This document shows positions 30,331-40,604 of a stretch of 64,000 bases of DNA, one piece after another. Position 1 is the stretch's first letter. The number at the start of each line of letters is the position of its first letter. The position numbers and the translations under genes were made by a program. Source of the DNA: Oligoflexia bacterium (GTDB taxonomy: Bacteria > Bdellovibrionota > Bdellovibrionia > JABDDW01); the NCBI GenBank assembly GCA_043732305.1, contig JAYTHU010000062.1:62816-126815 (forward strand). The letters run 5' to 3'. A model generated the notes under the pieces. That model saw only the letters and a list, made by a program, of their open reading frames with translations. It did no database searches and was not told the DNA's origin.

Positions 30331-31406
30331 CGTTTGCTCGCTTGGATTTGCTTGAGGATGTCTTGTCTGACTTCGGCAAGTGTTGCCTCTTCTTTGGCCC
30401 CTAAAATGGAATCAATTTTGTAAACGGACTGAAGTTGCAGGTCCGCTTGGATGTAGTGAAGAGCGTCTCCATCGGAAATAATTTTCTGACTTTTAAATTT
30501 CTGAATATCTTGGACGTAATTTGATTGCTCAAGGACGTTTTTGCGATGGTCGATTAATTTCTGGGCCAGTGGCAAATTTCTATCGCTCATCAAGCTTTCA
30601 GAGGGCATTACAAGTTCTAACGCGGCTTCGTAATCAAAAGCCAAAACCTCTTTGACTTCAATTATTTCCTGAAGCTGCTCTTCATTGGAGGAGGTTACAA
30701 TTTCGTCAGGAATCTGTCCTTCTAAAATCACGCGATAAATTTCACCTTGTGTGCGCGCAGTCTCGCCCGGGTGTTTGTTATGAAGCTCGTAGATATCTAT
30801 ATAATAAAGACTTTGATTGAAAACTTTCTGGCGAGTGGACTGATCGATAGCATTGAGTGTGGTCTGTTTTCGTAAATTAAATCTTCCATTTTCCAATTTT
30901 GATTTGAGTAGGAAATTATTTTCCAATTGATTTTCAAATCGCAAATCAAATTTGACGAGAGTGTTGTAGTGAGTGGCTTGAATTTCAATATTATAATTAC
31001 GCCAGTGAGTTTTGCCAGATTCAAAAGCAATATCCACAGGACCAAGTGCCGCCATAAAAATTCCCGTTCCTATTGCAAAGTCAGCGGACCAGCGAACGAG
31101 ACTTCCTGAGGCCCATCGATTTCGGCTCAAATATTTTGAAACAAAAAACAAAGGGCGTTCAATAACAAGATTTCTTAGTCCAAAAACGGGGCGGGGCTTG
31201 AATGGTTTTAAAGTTCCAAAACTTTTTACGATTGGCGGAGGCTCTATAGAAGTGGATTTAATAAACAGCTCAGCCAGTGACTGAGAACAAATGTTCAGAC
31301 TTTGCTGTGACTTCCGATTAGAAGGTCGATATTGAGCTTGAGCGGGCGAGGCCTCCGCGAAAACGAAGGCCATCATCAAAATTAAACTTACAAGCTTTGC
31401 CCACAT
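30327..31406 (-). CDS. Secreted hypothetical protein
   Basis: Signal peptide ending AQA; ICSQSL motif; one internal hydrophobic segment. Confidence 0.7.
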   Translation of the reverse strand: MWAKLVSLILMMAFVFAEASPAQAQYRPSNRKSQQSLNICSQSLAELFIKSTSIEPPPIVKSFGTLKPFKPRPVFGLRNLVIERPLFFVSKYLSRNRWASGSLVRWSADFAIGTGIFMAALGPVDIAFESGKTHWRNYNIEIQATHYNTLVKFDLRFENQLENNFLLKSKLENGRFNLRKQTTLNAIDQSTRQKVFNQSLYYIDIYELHNKHPGETARTQGEIYRVILEGQIPDEIVTSSNEEQLQEIIEVKEVLAFDYEAALELVMPSESLMSDRNLPLAQKLIDHRKNVLEQSNYVQDIQKFKSQKIISDGDALHYIQADLQLQSVYKIDSILGAKEEATLAEVRQDILKQIQASKR

Positions 31407-31428
31407 CGAACATCACCAATTTTCTAAC

Positions 31429-32793
31429 TTAATTCTTTGAACCAGAACCAGACGCGGAATCGGCGGGAGTGGTTGGATACAAATTTTCCTTTAATGCTTT
31501 TTTGCCCGCGCGAAGGGCTTCGCCGCTCTTGATTATTGCAGTTCTTGCAGCTTCCTGAGCAGCCTGCTGAGTGATTGACGCCGCGATCTCGGCACCCTTG
31601 ACCGTAACATCTACGCCCTGGAACAAAGCATCTTTGGCTTGATCCAAAGAATTGTTGATGACGTCGTCAGCAGCATATTTATCATAGCCTATTTTTCCTA
31701 AGAATGTTTGAATCACAGGATCAACCGCATCCACTATGATTTGTTCCATTGGACTCACACTAGGAACTTGATCCCAAGCAACAAGCTCGTAACCTTTTTC
31801 TGCAAGATCAGCAACCAGGTAGGTCAGAACTAGAAATTTACCAACGACCTTAACGCCGGTATAAGTTCTGCTGATAATTCCGGGACGTCTAGCCACCTGC
31901 AAAAGGTTAAACTCAGCACCTTCCAAATTATTTCTAGCAACAATGAGAAAGTCATTCGCATTCGAGAATTTGCTAGCTCCAGAGATAAGTGAGTCACGAA
32001 TCTTGGAAAGAATTTCTAACTGCTTGAGGACTTCCCCCTTCTCTGCTCGAACGAGAACAATTCTTTTCATTGTTAACTTATCTTGGTTAGATATGGCGGT
32101 ATTGCTATGCGTAGCAAGAACTTGTTCAACTCCGTTGAACATAGCAATATCAGTAGGACTATTTTTAAACATCACTTCTGCAGAAACAACACCCTTATCC
32201 AAAGCATCGGCAAGATCCTTAGGATCCATAGCAGGAATGCCTTTTTGGGTCAGCTTTGCTTTCGCGCTACGGGCACTCTCGATGATGCCAGGAATTGTTC
32301 CATCATATAGATATTTTTCTTGAGCATCCAAAGCGATGACTTCTTTTTCAGAAGATAATATTTCCTTGTCCAAGGTAGCCAGTTTACCAAGGCTGTCCGC
32401 GTTGTTCACGTTGGCGTTCACGCCTGCAACCGCAGTTTGCAATTGAATTTTGGAAAGTTCTAATTTTCGAGTTGCATCTTTAATTGCGATAGCTTGTTTG
32501 CGGCCAATCAAATAACGTTTGTGGAATCCACCAACTGTTTTCAATCCAATTAAAACTTCTAGAGTGGAGACTGCTCCCAGCATGTAGTCAGATCCGCGGA
32601 CGTCATATCTCATACGGTTCACAGCTTTGCTGTTTTTAAACCATGCCTCGGCATGGCCAGCGGGATCTTCCATCAATGTCTGATTTGTGATTGGCTCCCT
32701 TGTCAAACCGTTCCTTGCGGCAAGTCCCACTTGTCCAATGATGAATGTAGTAGCCAATGTTGTAGCGATAAGACTCTTTTGCTTTAGAAACAT
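31429..32793 (-). CDS. Secreted hypothetical helical/coiled-coil protein
   Basis: GGAGG RBS before ATG 32793; signal peptide; two internal hydrophobic segments. Confidence 0.7.
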   Translation of the reverse strand: MFLKQKSLIATTLATTFIIGQVGLAARNGLTREPITNQTLMEDPAGHAEAWFKNSKAVNRMRYDVRGSDYMLGAVSTLEVLIGLKTVGGFHKRYLIGRKQAIAIKDATRKLELSKIQLQTAVAGVNANVNNADSLGKLATLDKEILSSEKEVIALDAQEKYLYDGTIPGIIESARSAKAKLTQKGIPAMDPKDLADALDKGVVSAEVMFKNSPTDIAMFNGVEQVLATHSNTAISNQDKLTMKRIVLVRAEKGEVLKQLEILSKIRDSLISGASKFSNANDFLIVARNNLEGAEFNLLQVARRPGIISRTYTGVKVVGKFLVLTYLVADLAEKGYELVAWDQVPSVSPMEQIIVDAVDPVIQTFLGKIGYDKYAADDVINNSLDQAKDALFQGVDVTVKGAEIAASITQQAAQEAARTAIIKSGEALRAGKKALKENLYPTTPADSASGSGSKN

Positions 32794-32863
32794 GCGTCCT
32801 CCAAAAAAATTATGAAAACTTCGTTCAAAAACGAAGTAAACCTTTGTGATCAGTTGCCTATAA

Positions 32864-32879
32864 AGCAATTTCTTTGCCA
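32864..32879 (-). promoter_or_regulatory. Putative sigma54 (-24/-12) promoter
   Basis: Minus strand TGGCAA-AGAAA-TTGCT, exact GG-N10-GC spacing, 70 nt upstream of ATG 32793. Confidence 0.6.
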
Positions 32880-32976
32880 AGAAAGCAAGCTATCAGATCG
32901 GCTTTAACATTGATGGAGTGGGAAAGTGAGAAATCACGGACCTAGAATGGCACTGTGACTAAAAGATTGTCGGGCC

Positions 32977-33480
32977 TTAGCGCAATTTGAGTAGGGTGCG
33001 AACTGTGTCTTTTATTTCCTCAACATTGAATGGTTTTTTGATGTAATCATCTGCGCCAACTTCAAAACCGCGCTTCACATCAAATTCACTCGTTTTTGCA
33101 GAAATAAATACAATGGGGATTTTCTTGAGCTCGTCATTCTCCTTCAGGAGTTTAGCGAGTTCAAAACCGTTGATCCAAGGGAGACCAATATCCAAAACAA
33201 TCAGTTGCAGAGGTGATTCGTCCAATACTTGTGAAAGCTGAGTTCCATCGGCAGCCACCAGAACTCGGTAACCCTCCGATTCAAACACGCGCTTCAAAGC
33301 CAGACGCATCGTTTCATCATCGTCGATGACAAGAATAGTCTGGGTTTCGGTTTTCTTCTTGAGTTGGCGGAAGTCTGACAACGAAACGACTTTTTCCTGC
33401 GTGATTTTATCACGAGTGATCTTTTCGATCTTATCCACTAACTTCTTTGTATTTACTGATTGCTTTGTATTTCGAGACAT
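32977..33480 (-). CDS. Single-domain response regulator (receiver) with N-terminal extension
   Basis: ILVIDDD, LDIGLPWING, FISA, GADDYIKKPF. Confidence 0.92.
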   Translation of the reverse strand: MSRNTKQSVNTKKLVDKIEKITRDKITQEKVVSLSDFRQLKKKTETQTILVIDDDETMRLALKRVFESEGYRVLVAADGTQLSQVLDESPLQLIVLDIGLPWINGFELAKLLKENDELKKIPIVFISAKTSEFDVKRGFEVGADDYIKKPFNVEEIKDTVRTLLKLR

Positions 33481-33551
33481 CCGTATCTCCCCGTTAACTA
33501 AGTATAGAGAGATGCGAATCCTTTTAACAACTAGTTCTTAGGAAACTAGAC

Positions 33552-34472
33552 CTATTCGCCCTGGTCTTCTAAAAATCGTTCAGCTTCTAGGGCCGCCATG
33601 CAACCTGTTCCTGCTGCAGTGACTGCTTGTCTGTAGATACTGTCTTGTAAATCTCCGGCAGCAAACACTCCCTGGATGTTGGTCTGTGTGGTTCCTGGTT
33701 TAGTTTTTACATAACCGTTGGTCTGAGTGTGAATAAATTCTTTAAAGACACTGGTGTTGGGTTTGTGGCCTATGGCCATGAAAATACCAGTGACCTTCAC
33801 TTCGTTCAAAGCTCCCGTTTTAATATTTTTAAGTCTGACTGCATCGACACCTTTGTCTCCTAAGATTTCATCTACCACAGTATCAAAGATAACTTCGATT
33901 TTTGGATGCTTCATGACACGCGCTTGCATGATTTTGCTCGCACGGAATACATCACGTCTATGAACCAAATAAACTTTATTACAAAATCGAGTGAGGAAGC
34001 TGGCTTCTTCCATTGCTGTATCGCCACCGCCAACAACCACGACATCTTGTTTTTTGAAAAAAGCACCATCACAAGTGGCGCATGCGCTAACACCTTTTCC
34101 CATGAGCCGGGTTTCGCTTGGAATATTGAGCCACTGGGCAGACGCACCAGTAGCCAAAATCACAGACTCGGCTTCATGCATTTCGTCGTCCACCCAAACT
34201 TTGAATGGTCTTTTTGAAAAATCCACCTTAGTTGCATTCTTAGTAATAAAACGAGTTTCAAATCTCTCCGCTTGCTTGCGCATCACAGCCATCAATTCGG
34301 GACCGGTCACACCTTCGGCAAATCCGGGATAATTTTCGACATCTGAAGTGATCATGAGCTGACCGCCACTCGCAAAACCTTCAATCATAAGTGGTTTTAA
34401 ATTGGCTCGTGCTGCATAAATTGCCGCGGTGTATCCTGCGGGTCCCGAACCAACGATGATAAGTTTTTCCAT
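33552..34472 (-). CDS. trxB: Thioredoxin reductase
   Basis: GSGPAG, CATCDG, GGGDTAMEEA, FAAGD, QAVTAAGTG; AGGAG RBS before ATG 34472. Confidence 0.97.
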   Translation of the reverse strand: MEKLIIVGSGPAGYTAAIYAARANLKPLMIEGFASGGQLMITSDVENYPGFAEGVTGPELMAVMRKQAERFETRFITKNATKVDFSKRPFKVWVDDEMHEAESVILATGASAQWLNIPSETRLMGKGVSACATCDGAFFKKQDVVVVGGGDTAMEEASFLTRFCNKVYLVHRRDVFRASKIMQARVMKHPKIEVIFDTVVDEILGDKGVDAVRLKNIKTGALNEVKVTGIFMAIGHKPNTSVFKEFIHTQTNGYVKTKPGTTQTNIQGVFAAGDLQDSIYRQAVTAAGTGCMAALEAERFLEDQGE

Positions 34473-34645
34473 TGTAATTTCTCCTGAGTGCGCGCGATCC
34501 ATGAAAGCGTGCTTAAATTCTGTTTCGATATGCCACTAATATGTGCACATTTGCTGTCTTGTCAAAGTAGCACTGTTGCGAGGGGTCGATCAAGCGTAAC
34601 GCGCGACTCAGTTGACAATGTCTCGTGAAACACGGAGGCTGAATC

Positions 34646-34933
34646 ATGCCAACCATCACGTTCAAACCATCAGGTAAGACAGCCGTAGTCATGGAAAATG
34701 CCAATCTTATGATTGCTGCGTTGAGAGCGGGTTTGCCGGTGGGAAGTTCGTGCAGCGGTCAGGGCATTTGTAACAAGTGCGTTATGAAAATTGAAACGGG
34801 CGGAGCAAATTTATCCGCACCCGGGCCACTTGAGCAAGCCTTGAAAGAACGCGAAAACTTTGCCGATGCCCAGCGAGTTTCCTGCCAATCCAAAGTTCTA
34901 GGCGATGTGACAGTTTCTACAACGTATTGGTAG
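34646..34933 (+). CDS. 2Fe-2S ferredoxin
   Basis: SSCSGQGICNKC...RVSCQ; GGAGG RBS. Confidence 0.9.
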   Translation: MPTITFKPSGKTAVVMENANLMIAALRAGLPVGSSCSGQGICNKCVMKIETGGANLSAPGPLEQALKERENFADAQRVSCQSKVLGDVTVSTTYW

Positions 34934-35588
34934 AAAATCGCATGTAGAAAATAGGCTGACCCTTTGCCATAAATATTTTCTCAAAAGCGGTGAAGAAATT
35001 TTCGGCAGCCCATTCTGATTTATGCAGGTCGAGCGAATGACGAGAAACTTTGTAGGGAGTTTTGATGATTTCACTTTCAACAAATTTAAAATAATCAGCG
35101 GAATCTGTTTTGAAATCCACCCACATTCCAAATTTCTGAAGTTCAAAAAGATTCTTGAAAAAATCCGCGCGCAAAAGTCGATTTTTCTCGTGCCGAGTCT
35201 TTGGCCAAGGATCAGGAAAATAAATGTAAACATTGTGAAGTTCTTGAGGCGCAAAAATGCGATCCAGAAACCGTGCATGGTAGCGAATGCCTTTGGCATT
35301 GGGAGCATTAACACGTTTCACGCGACGGATGGTTTGAACCAATGGTTTGTATTTGAGTTCCATCGCCAAAAAATTCCGGCCTGGATTATCGCGCACCACA
35401 TTCTCAAAGAAAAACCCGTTTCCGCATCCAATTTCCAAATCCAAAGGCAATGAAGGATCGGCAAAAAGTGAAGACCACTTTCCTTTAAAAGGAACAGCCT
35501 CCTCTTCCACGTAAATCCAGTCTTTATATTCTGGAAGCATGTGTACATAAATATTGGGATGTTTTGGATCAAATGTCTTTTGAGTCAT
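34917..35588 (-). CDS. trmB: tRNA (guanine-N7)-methyltransferase
   Basis: LEIGCGNG, YFPDPWPKTRH.KNRL, FKTD. Confidence 0.95.
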   Translation of the reverse strand: MTQKTFDPKHPNIYVHMLPEYKDWIYVEEEAVPFKGKWSSLFADPSLPLDLEIGCGNGFFFENVVRDNPGRNFLAMELKYKPLVQTIRRVKRVNAPNAKGIRYHARFLDRIFAPQELHNVYIYFPDPWPKTRHEKNRLLRADFFKNLFELQKFGMWVDFKTDSADYFKFVESEIIKTPYKVSRHSLDLHKSEWAAENFFTAFEKIFMAKGQPIFYMRFSTNTL

Positions 35589-35606
35589 ACTGCTTTGCTG
35601 CCAAAC

Positions 35607-36599
35607 TTATTGGCTGATGGCTTTTTCTTTTAATTCTTCTTGGACAAACTTCTTATTCTCATCAAAGGAGCTGCGAATATCCTTTTCGATATTTTGCGTG
35701 TCTGCTTTGATGGTCTTTAAGATATTTTCGATATTATGTCTTCCTTTTCCTATTTCATTTTTAAGCTTTTCGCTAGGAAAATGAATCTGGGCATTGGTTT
35801 GCTGGGCTCGCTCCCACAGCCCACGACGAACTTCATCATAGAGCTCGATGTGCTTTTGCAGGTCAGAAAGCTTCTCTTTCACTTCGTCATTTTGAGGCTG
35901 ATTTTTGATCTTGTCTTGGAAGAGCACAAATTGATCTGCTCCCCATTTTTTTGAGGCGGTCAACATCTGCTTCAGACCTTCTTGGAATTTCTTAACTTCT
36001 GTCGAATTGACCACTTTATTAAGGTCTGGTTGCGGATGGCCAAATCTTTTTACAAAAGTTGCTACCTCCGAACCTAGAATTTTTTCAGGATTTTGATCGT
36101 ATTTAAACCAGCTCTCGCCGGTACTCGCAATCTGCGGCAAGTCTTTTTCTGTAACTATATATTGTTTAATAAAAACTTTGCTTTTGATTTTCTTTTTATA
36201 AGCATCCGCTAGACTGCCATTGATAGGCTGACGAGAAAATATAAACACCATGCCATTTGTTTTTGTGTCTAAGCCCTGGTCTTTATAACGCCTCAATATT
36301 TTCAGCATTGCAGTGACGGTCTTGCAAGAATCCACATCCCCTTCAATGCCAATCACTAATGTGCGGCTTCCCAACTCCACGGCAAGGCTATCATCAAGCT
36401 GGACAACCTGTTTGTAACCGAGTTCTTCTATTTGGGTTTTAATCCAGTCGAGTGTGTTTATTTTGTAATGAGGATTGGGATCGTTTTCAAACTTCTTAGC
36501 CATCGTGCACGAAGCTTCAAAATCTGGAGAAAAAGAAGCCAGGGAAGTAAAACAAACTCCCTGGCTGATAATGAAAAATAGAAAAAGCGTGATTTTCAT
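35607..36599 (-). CDS. Secreted hypothetical protein with C-terminal coiled coil
   Basis: Signal peptide; starts 2 bp after the stop of the beta-barrel gene. Confidence 0.7.
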   Translation of the reverse strand: MKITLFLFFIISQGVCFTSLASFSPDFEASCTMAKKFENDPNPHYKINTLDWIKTQIEELGYKQVVQLDDSLAVELGSRTLVIGIEGDVDSCKTVTAMLKILRRYKDQGLDTKTNGMVFIFSRQPINGSLADAYKKKIKSKVFIKQYIVTEKDLPQIASTGESWFKYDQNPEKILGSEVATFVKRFGHPQPDLNKVVNSTEVKKFQEGLKQMLTASKKWGADQFVLFQDKIKNQPQNDEVKEKLSDLQKHIELYDEVRRGLWERAQQTNAQIHFPSEKLKNEIGKGRHNIENILKTIKADTQNIEKDIRSSFDENKKFVQEELKEKAISQ

Positions 36600-36601
36600 T
36601 T

Positions 36602-37258
36602 TTAGAACAGAATGTTCAAACCACCAAGGCCTCTGAATCCGCTCATATCTACAACAGCATTCTGACCCGCTGTATTCAAAAGAACGGTTCCAGCCGTATT
36701 GGTCAAATTCCCAGTTTTTTGCGCCATGTAGCCAGCTTCAAAGAACAAAGAGACGTGCACTCCCAACATGATGTCCAAACCAGCCTGACCACCATAACCT
36801 AAAGTGTTTGCTGCGGAGTAGCCAGAGTTAACACCTCCAAGGTGAGCAATCGCCTGTGTCCAAGTAGGCTGACCGACAGTACCACCAACATAAATACGCA
36901 GGGGACCGTGAGAAACGAGGTAATAATTTAACAAACCATAAACAGCGTTCTGATTGACTTCGAATCCGTTGCCGTTTGGAGCTAAGTTTTTAGCATTGAG
37001 GGACATGAAACGAGCCATGAGCTCCCAATGATGTCCGAACATACGGCTAATTCCACCACCGTAATTGGTCGAAGCGGATATAGCACTGGGAGTACCCGAG
37101 AAGGTCTGCTGAATTCCATTTAAATCGCTTGGGCTGACAACGCCTAAACCGTAATATCCTTGAGCCTTCCAATTGTTGTGCATATTGCCCGAATCACCCA
37201 TCGCAAAACTCATCGCCGGTAATAGAGTTAAAACCATTAGTAGAACTAAGCGACGCAT
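36602..37258 (-). CDS. Outer-membrane beta-barrel protein (small, OmpA/OmpW-like)
   Basis: Signal peptide, Gly/aromatic amphipathic strands (YVGG.VG, GGQAGLD, FFEAGY), terminal Phe; AAGGAGG RBS. Confidence 0.75.
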   Translation of the reverse strand: MRRLVLLMVLTLLPAMSFAMGDSGNMHNNWKAQGYYGLGVVSPSDLNGIQQTFSGTPSAISASTNYGGGISRMFGHHWELMARFMSLNAKNLAPNGNGFEVNQNAVYGLLNYYLVSHGPLRIYVGGTVGQPTWTQAIAHLGGVNSGYSAANTLGYGGQAGLDIMLGVHVSLFFEAGYMAQKTGNLTNTAGTVLLNTAGQNAVVDMSGFRGLGGLNILF

Positions 37259-37366
37259 AATAAAGCCTCCTTGATTTCAATTTGTATATTCTTGTAAATA
37301 CAATATAAGTATATGGGTATTTCTAAAATATAGTTAACCAAAAATTATCAAAAAGTGTAAACACAA

Positions 37367-38179
37367 ATGGAATTTCCTAAGAAGACACCTGAATACGATG
37401 AGCTCAAATCCCTGACAGAAAGCTGGGGCATCACTTACGGGCCTATAAGAAGTCGCCGACTAGGCGTAAGTCTAGGAGTAAATCTTTTGGGACCTGGTGA
37501 AAAAATTTGTAGCTTCAATTGTCCGTACTGCGAACTTGGTTTTACAAAATTAAAAATGTCCCAAATGCGTGAAGCAGCGCAATTTCCTACTCTCATTCAA
37601 GTTGAGGATGCATTACGCGCTCATATCGTCAAACTTTCCAAAGAATCAGTGAAACTTGATTCTATTTCTTTAGTTGGAAACGGCGAACCTACTCTCTATC
37701 CAGAGTTCACAGAAGTTGTTGAGATAGTGAAAAGAGTTCGCGATGAACTTTGCAGTGGAGCTCATGTCACTATTTTATCGAATGGATCTACCTTGCAAGA
37801 TCCTAAAACCGTCAAAGGTCTCAATCTTTTGGATGAGCGTATGATTAAACTTGATGCCGGTAATGATGAAATGCTGAAACTCATCGACGGGCCGCTTGTG
37901 CGCATGACAATCCCGCGCCTTATTCAAGGCACCAAGAAATTAAACGATGTGATCTTGCAAAGTTTCTTTGTTCAAGGAAGTATCGACAACACGACACCGT
38001 CTGAAGTTGATGACTGGGTTGAAGTTGTTGGTATGATTAAACCTAAGCTTGTTCACATTTATGGTCTGGACCGCGTGCCACCGTTGAGTGGACTCAAACA
38101 AGCTCCTCCGCAAAGACTTAAAGAAATAGCGGAAAGGCTCTACAAAAAAACTCTCATCAAAGCGTTGGTTTTTTCTTAA
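37367..38179 (+). CDS. Radical SAM protein
   Basis: YGPIRSRRLGVSLGVNL, CSFNCPYC, GNGEPTLYP, KLDAG. Confidence 0.9.
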   Translation: MEFPKKTPEYDELKSLTESWGITYGPIRSRRLGVSLGVNLLGPGEKICSFNCPYCELGFTKLKMSQMREAAQFPTLIQVEDALRAHIVKLSKESVKLDSISLVGNGEPTLYPEFTEVVEIVKRVRDELCSGAHVTILSNGSTLQDPKTVKGLNLLDERMIKLDAGNDEMLKLIDGPLVRMTIPRLIQGTKKLNDVILQSFFVQGSIDNTTPSEVDDWVEVVGMIKPKLVHIYGLDRVPPLSGLKQAPPQRLKEIAERLYKKTLIKALVFS

Positions 38180-39908
38180 CAAATTCGATAAATTCCAGAT
38201 CCTTCACTAAACCAGAAAATGATTCAAAAACTGGAAATGTGGAAGGGAGTTCTGGAGGCCAATCAATTTGTGCCGAGCCCAACCAGAAAAATCTTTGAAG
38301 CTCTTTTTGCTCGGCCCGCTTATCCGTGAACGCTCGGGCAAGCTCATAGAGCGCCGGGGCTTCACGAACTTTCCCGTATTTGAAACTTAAATAAGCAGCA
38401 ATCCAAGCTTGCGTCTCCTTATCCCTACAATCTCTAGTCACGCTTGCTTTTAACTTTTCCCAGTCATGTTGATTGAGGCTGATAGCCGCGTCTTCACAGT
38501 CCTGAGACTGTACTTTTACTTTAGATTTGCCACGGACGGCTTCTTTCGACACTTCTTTTTGAGTGTCTTTTTGAAAACGATGCTGCCATTCGATCACCTG
38601 CAAATCAGATCCGCCGTTATTGAAGTAGTCATCAAAAGCCACTCTTTTTTCTCGAGTGGTGAACGAGTGAGAAAATGCAGTTTTTGCTACACTGAGTTTG
38701 CTATAAATATCTGAATACCAAGGTATAGGATCGCCAAGGTCCATTTTTGCACCAAGCCAAAGTTTTTCCATGCGGTCGCGATTGCCAGGATCTTTTCTGT
38801 AGATATCGTTGGTTTGCAAACGATCTGTGTATGTATTGAAAAGTTTTTTCTCGATGGGTAAGAAAACCCATTCGCCAGATCGCACGGCAAAAAGACGTGG
38901 ACCCCACCCGTTGTAATTTAAAATATCTGATTCTGAAAACAGAACGCGGTCACTGGGCAAAAAGAAATCCGTATTGACGAGCGCTTTGGAAAATTCATGA
39001 ACTCCGTGCTCGCTTTCTTTTTTAAAGTTCACATCAAGAATTTTGGCGAGGGTTTTTCCCAAATCGGCGAGAGACAGAAAACTGTCCACCTTCCACGACG
39101 GTGAAAGATCCCGCAGTTTTCTCGCGGGTTTAATAACAAGCGGAATATGAACTTGATCATCGTAGAGACCATTTGTTCGGCCCGACCCGTGAAGTCCAAC
39201 CAGAATAATTGTGAGTCCATCCCATTGCTTGAGCTTGGAAAGTCGCTCGTGAAGAATTCCTATGGCTTCATCGAGAATTTGCAATTTTCTTTCTTTAGAA
39301 ATATTTTCTTCAAACAGATGATCGGGAAAATAAAGCAGACCCAAGAATCTATCATGACCAATATGAGATTCTAAAACTGGCCAAGCTTTCTGAACGAGGT
39401 CTTTCGCCTTTAAATAAAACTCTCCGTTGATGCGGACCACATCATCAAACTCATTAAAACCGCGACTAATCGCACTTTTTCTGAGGATCGGCGCGCCACC
39501 ACTCAAAAGAAAGCTAGATTTCTTCGCTCGTCCCAAAAGTTCCGGGAGACTGACGATCCCCTCTATGTATCTAGACGGACCATTTCCATGAACTCCATTT
39601 TCAGATGGGTAGAGACCAGTTAAGATTGACGCAAGCGCTGCGGAATCGCTGACTGAAGTTGTATAGGTATGTGTGAATCGAATACTTTCATTTAAGAATT
39701 GTTCTAGATGAGGCTCCTCTGAATTTATCTCACCAAACTCATCTACCGAAATATTTGCAAAAGATAAAATTAATACGCTGCCTTTTTCGACTGGCGAAGG
39801 TGAAAAGCATCCCGTCTGGAGCAACAATAAGCCAATTAAAAAATAAGAAATGATTGAAACGGCTTTCAAATTAAGCTTTTTTACAAACGGCATAAAAGAG
39901 GGAGCCAT
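38157..39908 (-). CDS. Sulfatase-like (alkaline phosphatase superfamily) lipoprotein; start uncertain
   Basis: ASILTGLYPSENGV, GFNEFD, HIPLVIK, SLADLGKTL; canonical C/SxPxR is absent; QTGC lipobox-like. Confidence 0.75.
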   Translation of the reverse strand: MAPSFMPFVKKLNLKAVSIISYFLIGLLLLQTGCFSPSPVEKGSVLILSFANISVDEFGEINSEEPHLEQFLNESIRFTHTYTTSVSDSAALASILTGLYPSENGVHGNGPSRYIEGIVSLPELLGRAKKSSFLLSGGAPILRKSAISRGFNEFDDVVRINGEFYLKAKDLVQKAWPVLESHIGHDRFLGLLYFPDHLFEENISKERKLQILDEAIGILHERLSKLKQWDGLTIILVGLHGSGRTNGLYDDQVHIPLVIKPARKLRDLSPSWKVDSFLSLADLGKTLAKILDVNFKKESEHGVHEFSKALVNTDFFLPSDRVLFSESDILNYNGWGPRLFAVRSGEWVFLPIEKKLFNTYTDRLQTNDIYRKDPGNRDRMEKLWLGAKMDLGDPIPWYSDIYSKLSVAKTAFSHSFTTREKRVAFDDYFNNGGSDLQVIEWQHRFQKDTQKEVSKEAVRGKSKVKVQSQDCEDAAISLNQHDWEKLKASVTRDCRDKETQAWIAAYLSFKYGKVREAPALYELARAFTDKRAEQKELQRFFWLGSAQIDWPPELPSTFPVFESFSGLVKDLEFIEFVKKKPTL

Positions 39909-40530
39909 CTGCGACTTGAGTATTTTTTAATGCATAATCATTTTCAGTAGGAAAAGAATTTTTCCCCATAACTTTTTGTGACACTTTTTCCAGCATATTC
40001 ATATCCGCACGAGTGCAGGTAAAATTTGAAATTTCGACAGGCGAAAAACTTCTTCTTAAAATACCCTGTAGTTCGTCATAATTAAATTCCGCAATATGAG
40101 TGGGATCAGCGGGCGCATCATTAAGCTTTGAAAAGCGGGACCGATTGACCGTTGAAATAACCGCTACACCCTGAGGCGCCAATAATTTCGACATGTTTTG
40201 AATGAGCCTGTCAGGTGACGCCACTCTTTCTAGAACTTGAAAACAAGTGATGAGATCAAACCGTTCCGTGATTAGAGGCATGTCAGCAACACTCATGATT
40301 TTGAATTCAACACCATCGCGACCATTTTTCTCTTTAGCGATATGAATGTCGAATTCGTTAATGTCGATGCCGAGAACTTCAATCGCCCCATTGTCAAAAA
40401 GCATGCGACTTCCGAAACCTCGACCGCAACCAACATCCAGTACTTTTGCGCCACGGGCATAGCGCAGGACCTCTTTGTACTGGCCCATGTATTCGCCCCA
40501 CCAGGAAGCTTCTTTTCCATAGATTTCCAT
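39871..40530 (-). CDS. Class I SAM-dependent methyltransferase
   Basis: VLDVGCGRG, GIDIN, FDLITCFQVLE. Confidence 0.88.
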   Translation of the reverse strand: MEIYGKEASWWGEYMGQYKEVLRYARGAKVLDVGCGRGFGSRMLFDNGAIEVLGIDINEFDIHIAKEKNGRDGVEFKIMSVADMPLITERFDLITCFQVLERVASPDRLIQNMSKLLAPQGVAVISTVNRSRFSKLNDAPADPTHIAEFNYDELQGILRRSFSPVEISNFTCTRADMNMLEKVSQKVMGKNSFPTENDYALKNTQVADGSLFYAVCKKA

Positions 40531-40604
40531 AATGAGAAATCCTACCAAGATCAAGGAAGGTCTGCTAGAATTTTAATTGAACGTTCAAAAAAGGAGCACC
40601 CAGC

